Shown here one piece after another: positions 55,865-64,000 of a DNA stretch of 64,000 nucleotides. Position 1 is the first letter of the stretch. Each line of letters starts with the position of its first letter. The position numbers and the translations under genes are program-made. The DNA comes from Candidatus Gastranaerophilales bacterium (GTDB lineage: Bacteria; Cyanobacteriota; Vampirovibrionia; Gastranaerophilales; Gastranaerophilaceae): the NCBI GenBank assembly GCA_944323165.1, contig CALURK010000004.1, forward strand, positions 30,300-94,299. Reading direction: 5' to 3'. The notes beneath the pieces are model-generated. The model searched no databases. It was given only the letters and a program-made list of their open reading frames with translations, and was not told where the DNA came from.

Positions 55865-57079
55865 ATGATAAACAAAATCAATAGTCTTTCAGGTGTTCAG
55901 GGACAATACAAAGTTAATTTCAGATCAAATGAGCCTGTCACTAACCCGAATCAAAATGAAATAAAGCAGGATGTAAGTTTGGCTGGAACGGAAGCTTTGG
56001 CGGTTTATAATGCTCCTTTGTTAAAGCATCCTGAAAAGCTAGATGTCGAGCCGATTAAACCTGCTGAAATTAATTTTTCGGATTTAGATTCTATTGAAGG
56101 TGAAAAAATATACACTTCAGAGGGAAAATTGCATTCAATTTTTAATGAAGACGAAAATAATAGAACTTTGATAAAAAGATCTGAGGATAATGAAAATTTG
56201 TACTCTATAACTACTACCGATAAAAAGTCTGGCAATGTTATAAAAGAGGAACTTAGATTCTTAAAAGACGGTAAGGATGACGAAATATATATTACAGAGT
56301 ATTCTCCTGAAACAAAAAAAGAAGTTGCTGATACAAATTATATTGACGGCGTGCTCAGCAGTGCATCTAAAACTGTTACTAAGCCAAATGGTGATGTTGT
56401 AGTTGTTAGGAAAAGCTTTAAGTACAATGATTATAGCGTAACAAAGTATTCCGATAAGCACGATAAATACATAAGTGTTAGTTTTGACAAAAATAAACAG
56501 CTTAAACAAATAAGCAAAGAAAAAGAAGAAAAATTAAAACGACAAAGCTTTGAAATAAGTTTTTATAATGGCGGAATGATTTCTGTTGATAAGCACGAAG
56601 AAATTACTATTCCTAATAATTTTGGTGTAGAAAAGTTAAATGACATAAATTTAGTTCCATCAGAAAAATACAATCTGGATTTTGATGCAAAAGGTTTAGA
56701 TGGAGAGAAAACATATTTTTCTAATGGTGCAATTGAAACTAATTCCTTTGAGAGAAATGGTGAAAAAATAAAAGCTTATTTTGATCCTGACGGAAGATTG
56801 GCAAAGCTTGAACTTTCTAATAAGGTTATCAAATTTAGCGATGACGCCCAAAAGGTGCAAGAAAAACTTGATGATGGTAAAACAAAAACCACAACTTTGT
56901 ACGATGATGGTGATAAAAACGTAAGATTTGAGGACGGTAATGTCTATAAGGAAGTTCGTTTTAGCAAATTTGGAAAACCTACTTCATACCACGAAGGTGT
57001 AATCAATTCTGACTGCGAAGATGAAAATGATTTAGCACTATACTTCAATAAACTGGGAATGTTGGAGTTTACATACTAA
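55865..57079 (+). CDS. Hypothetical protein with MORN/YwqK-like beta repeats
   Basis: YTSEGKL, YFSNGAI, YFDPDGRL, FSKFGKP; N-terminal VNFRS motif. Confidence 0.7.
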   Translation: MINKINSLSGVQGQYKVNFRSNEPVTNPNQNEIKQDVSLAGTEALAVYNAPLLKHPEKLDVEPIKPAEINFSDLDSIEGEKIYTSEGKLHSIFNEDENNRTLIKRSEDNENLYSITTTDKKSGNVIKEELRFLKDGKDDEIYITEYSPETKKEVADTNYIDGVLSSASKTVTKPNGDVVVVRKSFKYNDYSVTKYSDKHDKYISVSFDKNKQLKQISKEKEEKLKRQSFEISFYNGGMISVDKHEEITIPNNFGVEKLNDINLVPSEKYNLDFDAKGLDGEKTYFSNGAIETNSFERNGEKIKAYFDPDGRLAKLELSNKVIKFSDDAQKVQEKLDDGKTKTTTLYDDGDKNVRFEDGNVYKEVRFSKFGKPTSYHEGVINSDCEDENDLALYFNKLGMLEFTY

Positions 57080-57843
57080 ACATTAGTTTTTTCAATAAAT
57101 CTGATAAGAGAATTATAAATTTCGGGATGGATTTTTCCTTCTCTGACTTCTCTGTAGAGTATTAGTAATGCTTCTATTCTGGAAAGTTTGCGCCTGTATA
57201 CGCGAGCTTCTCTTAGCGCGCTATATTTGTCAGAGATAGAAATTATCTGTACTCCAATGTCTGAGGGGTAAATATTCCCATCTAGAGCCGGATATCCAGT
57301 GTGCTTAAGGTTTTGATGGTGATATTTAATAAGCTCTAACGTTTCGTTTGAAAGGCTCTGTGTCTTTAAAAGTTCATACCCGAGAGTTGAATGAATATTC
57401 ATTATCTCTCTTTCTTTGATATTTAATTTTGCAGGTTTATTCAGTATTTTTGACGGTATCAAAACTTTGCCTAAATCGTGTAACATTGAGGCTTCTTTAA
57501 TTATTCCCTTTGCAACATCGCATTTCAAACTATCCGGTAAACAAGAGTAAACACCCATTGCAATGTTACAAGTTTCATTCATGTGACCGCCAGAGAGCTC
57601 TTTTAAAGTTTTGGTATCTATTGATGGTTTGATTTTATACTTTTTTAAAAGACTTTTTATATCTGGGTTTAAGTCAATCATGTTTTGGACAATGGATTTT
57701 TGAAGTTTTTCATCAGTACCATTTTTCAAAAAAGTTTTTCCGCTGTTGTCAGAATACACAAAGAAGCTACTGTGATTAATTTGCACAGCACCTTTCAAAC
57801 GGTATTTCTCTCTTTTCTTTTTAGGGGTACGGTTTAAAATCAT
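57076..57843 (-). CDS. HD-GYP domain protein
   Basis: LHDLGK, HH...GYP, DKYSAL. Confidence 0.85.
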   Translation of the reverse strand: MILNRTPKKKREKYRLKGAVQINHSSFFVYSDNSGKTFLKNGTDEKLQKSIVQNMIDLNPDIKSLLKKYKIKPSIDTKTLKELSGGHMNETCNIAMGVYSCLPDSLKCDVAKGIIKEASMLHDLGKVLIPSKILNKPAKLNIKEREIMNIHSTLGYELLKTQSLSNETLELIKYHHQNLKHTGYPALDGNIYPSDIGVQIISISDKYSALREARVYRRKLSRIEALLILYREVREGKIHPEIYNSLIRFIEKTNV

Positions 57844-58023
57844 AGCTCTTATTTATCTTGTAATTTGTAACACAAGTTTACAATAATTTTAATTTTTTTA
57901 CAATAGGCAGAGGGTGTTTCTCTAAAACAAAATGTGAATTCAATTCCCTAGAATAAAAAAGTCAAGTTTTGTGAGAGGTGCGACCCCCCAGCGGGATGCC
58001 GATGCGGGTTCAATTTCCCAAAA

Positions 58024-58048
58024 TAAAAAAGCCCCCTGAAAGGGAGCT
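58024..58048 (-). terminator. Terminator after the tRNA
   Basis: Minus strand AGCTCCCT-TTC-AGGGGGCT-TTTTT. Confidence 0.7.
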
Positions 58049-58051
58049 AAT

Positions 58052-58126
58052 TGGCGGCGGTAAGGGGAATTGAACCCCTGTTTGGAGAATGAGAATCTCC
58101 CGTCCTAACCACTAGACGATACCGCT
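58052..58126 (-). tRNA. tRNA-Glu(CTC)
   Basis: AGCGGTA TC GTCTAGTGGTTAGGAC G GGAGA TTCTCAT TCTCC AAAC AGGGG TTCAATT CCCCT TACCGCC G CCA. Confidence 0.93.
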
Positions 58127-58130
58127 AGAG

Positions 58131-58769
58131 TTATATTGGTGTATAATCCGAATAGATTATACTTGACCAGTCATCTTCAAAATAACTTATTTGTGTCAAT
58201 GTCCCGGTCTTTATCAAATTTTTAAACTGGCTTATTGAATCCAAATTTAGAGTCTTAGCAATCGCCGATTGAATAACATCAGGAGTTGTTACTACTATTA
58301 TACGATTTCCCTTATTTTCTTCAACCAATTTGTCAATAGTATCAGAAACTCTTTTATTAAAGTCTTCCAAGGCTTCTCCGCCTTTAGGTTTCTGTATAAT
58401 AGCTCTTGGCCCGTATTCATCAAAGACATCAGAATAAAGTCTACCGCTCCATTCACCGTGGTTTCTTGCAGGTAAATCTATTGTAGTAATGTCTTTTTTA
58501 AATAACTTAGCGATAATCTGAGCAGATTGTGTGCATCTAGCCGATGAGCTTGTGTAAATTTTATCATAAGCGACAGCTCTGTTTTCGAGATATTCACAAA
58601 CTTTTTCTATCTCTTCTTCGCCAAACTCATTTAGCTTAGGGTATTTTTCCGTATCGCAAATAATGCCGTCCATTGAATGAACGGTTGCGCCGTGTGCTAC
58701 AAATGTAATTTTACATTTACGTTTGAACATTTTGTACCCTCTTATTTGATTATACCACAAAAAACTCAT
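58131..58769 (-). CDS. Histidine phosphatase family protein (degenerate motif)
   Basis: FVAHGAT in place of RHG; SSSARCTQSA; likely start at 58730. Confidence 0.75.
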   Translation of the reverse strand: MSFLWYNQIRGYKMFKRKCKITFVAHGATVHSMDGIICDTEKYPKLNEFGEEEIEKVCEYLENRAVAYDKIYTSSSARCTQSAQIIAKLFKKDITTIDLPARNHGEWSGRLYSDVFDEYGPRAIIQKPKGGEALEDFNKRVSDTIDKLVEENKGNRIIVVTTPDVIQSAIAKTLNLDSISQFKNLIKTGTLTQISYFEDDWSSIIYSDYTPI

Positions 58770-58884
58770 AGTCTACAACTTTAGTTATAAAAAAATAAAT
58801 ATTTGCCATATTTTTGTATAATTGACTTTTCTAAAAAAAAAATTAAACTAATGGTGTATAGGTATAATAATAAGGAGACAGCCT

Positions 58885-59442
58885 ATGGGTAAACGATTAG
58901 ATGGTTCTTCGCTATTTAGCGGAATAAATGCAGGTTTAGCAAATTCTTTTGCACTGCTTTCAAGTCAATATAGTGACGGATTAACTTTGGAGAATTTAAC
59001 ATCTTCTCTTACAAATACGAATATAACAAATACAGCTTATGGTTCTACTTTTGCCTCTTATTTGACAAATAACTTTAATAGTGTTGATTCCAATAGTGAC
59101 GGAACAATTTCTGCTGATGAAATACAAAGACTAATGAGTAATATGGCAACTCAAGGTTTAACAAGAGAGCAGATAATGTCACTTGGAGCTTCATCAGGTA
59201 TGAGTACATCATTGCAAGAAACCGTTTTATCTCACTTCGATGACATTGATGCAAACAAAGACGGTAAGGTAACAAATCAAGAAATTAATGCTTATGGAGT
59301 TAATTCTGAAATAGAAAAACAAAAAATTGAAGATAGAAATCGTATTGTAAACAATATGTCGATGTTTTATGGAGATGATTCAACTGAGTATGAAGGAAGT
59401 ATGTTGGATTATAGATATCTTGATGATGACGAAAACAGTTAA
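58885..59442 (+). CDS. EF-hand domain protein
   Basis: DSNSDGTISADE and DANKDGKVTNQE loops. Confidence 0.8.
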   Translation: MGKRLDGSSLFSGINAGLANSFALLSSQYSDGLTLENLTSSLTNTNITNTAYGSTFASYLTNNFNSVDSNSDGTISADEIQRLMSNMATQGLTREQIMSLGASSGMSTSLQETVLSHFDDIDANKDGKVTNQEINAYGVNSEIEKQKIEDRNRIVNNMSMFYGDDSTEYEGSMLDYRYLDDDENS

Positions 59443-59460
59443 AGGTTGAGATTTATGAAA

Positions 59461-59493
59461 TAAAGGCGCTTTGTTTTAAACAAAGCGCCTTTA
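59461..59493. terminator. Bidirectional terminator
   Basis: TAAAGGCGCTTTGTTT-T-AAACAAAGCGCCTTTA. Confidence 0.85.
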
Positions 59494-59500
59494 TTTATTG

Positions 59501-60574
59501 TCATTCTTCTCTTTTTATATCGTGCGGTTCTATCGGTTTAGGTTTTGTCATAACGCTTATTATGCTCAAAACAATCATAATAAGTATTAAGACCGCTATG
59601 TATATAAAATAGTTCTTTAAAGCACCAGTAAAATATGTAGCGAGCGCTCCACCCACTATAGCAACAGAAGTAAGGATTGCAACGGTGATTTTTTGAGAAA
59701 ATCCAGCTTTTAGAAGTTTATGATGAATGTGTTCAGCATCAGCTACAAATGGGGATTTCCCCTTCATAATTCTTCTAAGACTTGAAAAAGTTATATCTAT
59801 AATAGGAACTGCGAGGACCAAGAATGGTAGTAAAACTGCAATAGCAGCGCCTTTCATAACTCCCGCAATCGATAATGTTGCAAGTAGAAATCCTGAAAAT
59901 AGAGCGCCTGAATCTCCCATAAATATTTTTGCCGGATTAAAATTAAATGTAAGAAAAGCAAGCATTGAACCAGCTAATATAAAAGCTATTAATGCTGTAA
60001 TCGGCTGAGCAGGAGTTACAGTAACGGCGATTAATGCAAGAGTAATCGAGCTTACGGTAATTACAGAACCAGCAAGTCCATCCACTCCGTCTATAAAATT
60101 AACAGCGTTAGAAATTCCAACAATCCAAAGTATTGTAATAGGGTAAGAGAAAATACCCAAGTTAATCACACCGCCCATAGGGTTAAATATGGTGTCAATT
60201 TGGACTCCTAACAGGTAAACAATAGTTGCTATCGAAAGCTGGATAACAAGCTTAAATTTAGCATCAAGGTTGTAAATATCATCTACCAATCCTAATAGAA
60301 ACATTAAAGAACCGCCAAGTAATATTCCTGAAAGTAAGCTTCCATAAGGATAGTAGCTGAGGAGTACCAAAAATAAGAAAGTTAGCATGGCGCTTGACCA
60401 AATTGCAACGCCGCCAAGTCTTGATATCGGGAATTTATGGATTTTTCTTTCATTAGGAAGATCGACCAGACCTTCTTTCTGAGAGAATTCTATTACCAAA
60501 GGAACGATAAATACACCGATGATGTAAGAAATAAATGCTCCTATTATATGTGCTTGAGTTAATTTTATAATCAT
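59501..60574 (-). CDS. Undecaprenyl-phosphate GlcNAc-1-phosphate transferase (MraY/WecA/TagO family)
   Basis: RKIH..PISRLGG, GLVDD, NAVNFIDGVDGL, FMGDSG, HIHH. Confidence 0.9.
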   Translation of the reverse strand: MIIKLTQAHIIGAFISYIIGVFIVPLVIEFSQKEGLVDLPNERKIHKFPISRLGGVAIWSSAMLTFLFLVLLSYYPYGSLLSGILLGGSLMFLLGLVDDIYNLDAKFKLVIQLSIATIVYLLGVQIDTIFNPMGGVINLGIFSYPITILWIVGISNAVNFIDGVDGLAGSVITVSSITLALIAVTVTPAQPITALIAFILAGSMLAFLTFNFNPAKIFMGDSGALFSGFLLATLSIAGVMKGAAIAVLLPFLVLAVPIIDITFSSLRRIMKGKSPFVADAEHIHHKLLKAGFSQKITVAILTSVAIVGGALATYFTGALKNYFIYIAVLILIMIVLSIISVMTKPKPIEPHDIKREE

Positions 60575-60583
60575 TTTCTTCCT

Positions 60584-61834
60584 CTAATATAGTGGATACT
60601 TCTTGCAAAGTTTTAGAGAATCGTTTCTTAAGTTTTCGAGAATAGTTTCGTTTTCGGAATTTTTGATAGCTTTAGAAATTATTCTTGCGACTTCTCTCAT
60701 ATCGTCCTCTTTAAACCCTCTTGTAGTCATGGCTGCGGCACCTAGCCTTATACCGCTTGTAACAAATGGACTTTGAGGATCATTAGGAACAGTATTCTTG
60801 TTAGCAGTAATGCCTACTCTTTCAAGGATATTTGCCATATCTTTTCCAGTCTTTCCTAATTTTCTTAAATCCAAAGTCATAAGGTGGTTTTCTGTCATGC
60901 CGCCTACGATATCCATTCCGTTATCAATAAGTCCTTGTGCTAAAGCGGCAGCATTTTTAACGATTTGTTTAGCATATTCCTTAAATTCAGGCTGCAAAGC
61001 TTCTTTTAAAGCAACAGCTTTACCTGCAATAATGTGTTCTAACGGTCCGCCTTGAATACCCGGGAATACTGCTTTATCAATAGCCGCTGCGTATTCTTCA
61101 TCACACATAATTATACCGCCTCTAGGGCCTCTAAGAGTTTTGTGTGTTGTCGTTGTAACAATTTGAGCGTAACCTGCAGGTGACGGATGGACTCCGCCTG
61201 CAATTAGTCCTGCTATATGTGCAATATCTGCAAGCAATACGGCACCTACTTCGTCTGCGATTTCTCTAAACTTTTTGAAATCGATTATTTTTGAATAATT
61301 ACTAGCTCCGCAAATAATTAATTTAGGTTTATGCTCAATAGCCTTTTGTCTTACATCTTCGTAATCAATGTTTCCGTTCTCATCAACGCCATAGCTTTTT
61401 ACATTAAAGTAAAGCCCTGAAAAATTTACTGGAGAGCCGTGGCTTAAATGACCGCCGTTAGACAAATCCATACCAAGAACTGGATCTCCGCATTTTAAAA
61501 GTGCTGTAAATACTGCCATATTTGCTTGTGCTCCGGAATGAGGCTGAACGTTAGCATGATCCATATGGAAAAGTTCACAAGCTCTTTTCTGAGCAAGTTC
61601 TTCTATTTTATCGATTACTTCGCAGCCGTTGTAATAACGTTTGTGAGGCTTACCCTCTGCATATTTGTTTGTAAGCACACTCCCGCAAGCTTCCATAACT
61701 GCTGGAGAGGTGAAATTTTCGCTGGCAATTAATTCTATTGTGTTTTGTTGCCTTTCTAATTCTTCATCAATGTATTTTGCAACATCTGCATCAACTTCTC
61801 TAATTTTATTTAAGTTCATATCCCCCTCCATCAT
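60584..61834 (-). CDS. glyA: Serine hydroxymethyltransferase
   Basis: [27 protein letters not shown]. Confidence 0.98.
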   Translation of the reverse strand: MMEGDMNLNKIREVDADVAKYIDEELERQQNTIELIASENFTSPAVMEACGSVLTNKYAEGKPHKRYYNGCEVIDKIEELAQKRACELFHMDHANVQPHSGAQANMAVFTALLKCGDPVLGMDLSNGGHLSHGSPVNFSGLYFNVKSYGVDENGNIDYEDVRQKAIEHKPKLIICGASNYSKIIDFKKFREIADEVGAVLLADIAHIAGLIAGGVHPSPAGYAQIVTTTTHKTLRGPRGGIIMCDEEYAAAIDKAVFPGIQGGPLEHIIAGKAVALKEALQPEFKEYAKQIVKNAAALAQGLIDNGMDIVGGMTENHLMTLDLRKLGKTGKDMANILERVGITANKNTVPNDPQSPFVTSGIRLGAAAMTTRGFKEDDMREVARIISKAIKNSENETILENLRNDSLKLCKKYPLY

Positions 61835-61893
61835 TTAGTGATACTTTCTTTAATTATATTTAAAAATACAAACTAAGTAAATATTGTAACAGC

Positions 61894-61929
61894 AAAAAAA
61901 AAGACTTTCTGTAAAGAAAGCCTTTTTTT
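61894..61929 (-). terminator. Terminator after clpB
   Basis: A-tract-GACTTTCT...AGAAAGCC-T-tract. Confidence 0.6.
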
Positions 61930-61947
61930 ACTTTTAATCATCTCAGA

Positions 61948-64000
61948 TTATTTATTAAATACTATTTCGTCGTCTTTAGCGTCGATTTTTATATTATCAC
62001 CATCTATGAATTTCTGTGCTAATAACAGCTTAGAAAGAGGGTTTTCAATCATTTGCATAATTACTCTCTTAAGCGGTCTTGCACCATATACAGGATTAAA
62101 TCCGCGTCTTGCAAGAAGTTCTTTAGCATCATCAGAGATTTCAAAGGTGATATTCTTATCTGCAAGCAATTTTCTTAAATGATCCATCTGAATATCAACT
62201 ATTGCTGACAATTGCTGCATTGTAAGAGCTTTGAAGAATATAGTTTCATCAACTCTGTTCAAGAATTCAGGTTTGAATCTCTCACGCATTACAGCCATGA
62301 CTTTTTCTTTTGTTTCTTCAAAATTACCGCCAGGGTTGTTGATTGAATCTTCCAAGATAATTTCGCTTCCGATATTACTTGTTATGATGATAACTGTATT
62401 TTTGAAATCGACAGTTCTACCTTTAGAATCCGTTAAACGTCCGTCATCAAAGATTTGAAGCATTATGTTGAATACATCAGGATGTGCTTTTTCGATTTCA
62501 TCAAAAAGTACAACAGAATAAGGTTTACGTCTAACAGCTTCTGTCAATTGTCCGCCTTCTTCGTAACCAACGTATCCAGGAGGAGCCCCGACTAATCTTG
62601 CTACGTTATGTTTTTCCATGTATTCAGACATATCTATTCTTATGATGGCGTCTTCATCGTTAAACAAGAATTCTGCAAGAGTTTTGGCAAGTTCTGTCTT
62701 ACCAACACCTGTTGGGCCTAAGAAAATGAATGTACCGATTGGACGTTTTGGATCTTTTAATCCTGAACGAGCACGTCTTATTGCATCTGATACGGTATCA
62801 ACAGCTTCGTCTTGCCCGATTAAACGTTTATGCAGAACATCTTCCATTCTCAAAAGCTTTTGCATTTCGCTTTCTACAAGTCTGTTTACAGGAATACCTG
62901 TCCATTTGCTTACAATTTGTGCTATATCGTCTTCATCTATTTCTTCTTTTAAAAGCTTGTTTTCGCTTTTTTCTTTGCCTTGAATTGATTGAAGTTTCTT
63001 TTCAAGTTCCATTAATTTACCATACTTAAGTTCTGCAGCAGTTTGCAAATCGGTATTTCTTTCTGCTTCTGCAATCTTTGTCTTAACTTGATCAATTTCA
63101 TCTTTGATTGCAGCTTCGCCTGTTATGGTATTTTTTTCAACTTCCCATTGAGCTTTTAGTTTAGAAATTTTACCTTCTAATTCGTCAATTTCAGATGTTA
63201 ATTTGTCGATTTTTGCAATACATTCTGGAGAAGTTTCTTTTTTCAAAGCTTCTCGTTCAATTTCCAACTGAATTTTTTGCCTCATCATAACATCGATTTC
63301 TTCCGGCATAGAATCTATTTCAATACGAAGAGCTGAGGCGGCTTCATCGATAAGGTCGATTGCCTTATCAGGTAAAAATCTGTCTGTTATGTATCTGTCA
63401 GATAACTGAGCTGCGGCAATTAGGGCACTATCAAGAATTCTTACTCCGTGGTGAACTTCGTATTTTTCTTTTAACCCTCTTAAGATTGAAATTGTATCCT
63501 CTACAGAAGGCTCATCCACTAATACCGGTTGGAAACGTCTTTCTAAAGCCGGATCTTTTTCGATGTACTTTCTGTATTCGTTGATTGTTGTTGCACCGAT
63601 TGTTCTGAGCTCTCCTCTTGCAAGCATTGGCTTTAAAAGGTTCCCGGCATCCATTGAACCTTCGGTAGCGCCCGCTCCGACTACGGTATGAAGTTCATCG
63701 ATAAACATTACAATCTCGCCGTTTGATTCTTGGACTTCTTTCAAAACAGCTTTTAGACGTTCCTCAAATTCACCTCTGAATTTCGCACCGGCAACTAAGG
63801 CGCCTAAATCAAGAGAGATTAATTTTACATTCTTTAAGCTCTCAGGTACGTCGCCTCTTATGATTCTTTGTGCCAAACCTTCTACTATAGCGGTTTTACC
63901 TACACCAGGTTCTCCGATTAGTACTGGGTTGTTTTTTGTTCTTCTGTTTAAGACCTGTATGATACGTCTGACTTCTTCGTCACGTCCGATTACAGGATCT
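61948..64000 (-). CDS. clpB: Chaperone ClpB (5' end beyond the right edge)
   Basis: The frame continues upstream of 63876 as [36 protein letters not shown]; long coiled-coil M domain; second Walker A GPTGVGKT. Confidence 0.96.
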   Translation of the reverse strand, partial: DPVIGRDEEVRRIIQVLNRRTKNNPVLIGEPGVGKTAIVEGLAQRIIRGDVPESLKNVKLISLDLGALVAGAKFRGEFEERLKAVLKEVQESNGEIVMFIDELHTVVGAGATEGSMDAGNLLKPMLARGELRTIGATTINEYRKYIEKDPALERRFQPVLVDEPSVEDTISILRGLKEKYEVHHGVRILDSALIAAAQLSDRYITDRFLPDKAIDLIDEAASALRIEIDSMPEEIDVMMRQKIQLEIEREALKKETSPECIAKIDKLTSEIDELEGKISKLKAQWEVEKNTITGEAAIKDEIDQVKTKIAEAERNTDLQTAAELKYGKLMELEKKLQSIQGKEKSENKLLKEEIDEDDIAQIVSKWTGIPVNRLVESEMQKLLRMEDVLHKRLIGQDEAVDTVSDAIRRARSGLKDPKRPIGTFIFLGPTGVGKTELAKTLAEFLFNDEDAIIRIDMSEYMEKHNVARLVGAPPGYVGYEEGGQLTEAVRRKPYSVVLFDEIEKAHPDVFNIMLQIFDDGRLTDSKGRTVDFKNTVIIITSNIGSEIILEDSINNPGGNFEETKEKVMAVMRERFKPEFLNRVDETIFFKALTMQQLSAIVDIQMDHLRKLLADKNITFEISDDAKELLARRGFNPVYGARPLKRVIMQMIENPLSKLLLAQKFIDGDNIKIDAKDDEIVFNK

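Noticed and set aside
57976-58019. Second tRNA or c-di-GMP riboswitch near the HD-GYP gene
   Set aside because: Only a T-loop-like GGGTTCAATTTCCC; no cloverleaf or riboswitch consensus, and it lies upstream of the likely -35.
444-63584. Numerous 60-170-aa ORFs antisense to or nested in long genes (e.g. 444, 15819, 34264, 49046), plus 4699-4992 over the tmRNA
   Set aside because: Shadow frames of genes or RNA with clear identities; no RBS or family motifs.
1-64000. IS elements, rRNA, dif site, DnaA-box cluster, T-box or CIRCE elements
   Set aside because: No matching motifs found by eye; an Rfam/ISfinder scan would be needed to exclude degenerate copies.

Overview
AT-rich chromosomal window, most likely from a non-photosynthetic cyanobacterial relative (Candidatus Gastranaerophilales / Melainabacteria). 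This is an inference from the cyanobacterial-type ClpC N-terminus ([32 protein letters not shown]), yggS-sepF synteny, a GFTLAEVLITL pilin and flagellar genes. It holds housekeeping genes (xerD part, dacB, aspS, pgk, mutS, clpC, pheT, glyA, clpB part, tmRNA, tRNA-Glu) and scattered flagellar export/hook genes. I saw no CRISPR array, IS element or prophage. Four signals stand out. (1) There are two separate FliJ-FliK-hook/rod modules, neither preceded by fliI. (2) Three sigma28-type promoters (TAAA-N15-GCCGATAA and two close variants) drive orphan genes, one with a flagellin-like layout of helical ends and an S/T/G/D-rich middle. (3) At least seven lineage-specific proteins lack Sec signals but share an N-terminal F[RK][GAS] motif, including tandem HExxH zincins with near-identical 5' halves and tandem membrane-anchored AAA ATPases. 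(4) Most of those genes share an upstream TWACA-N4-RNCAA-N19..21-TTRYAYA motif. Together these suggest a co-regulated substrate set for a flagellum-derived secretion system; that synthesis is inference and was not tested. All motif calls were made by eye in an AT-rich sequence.
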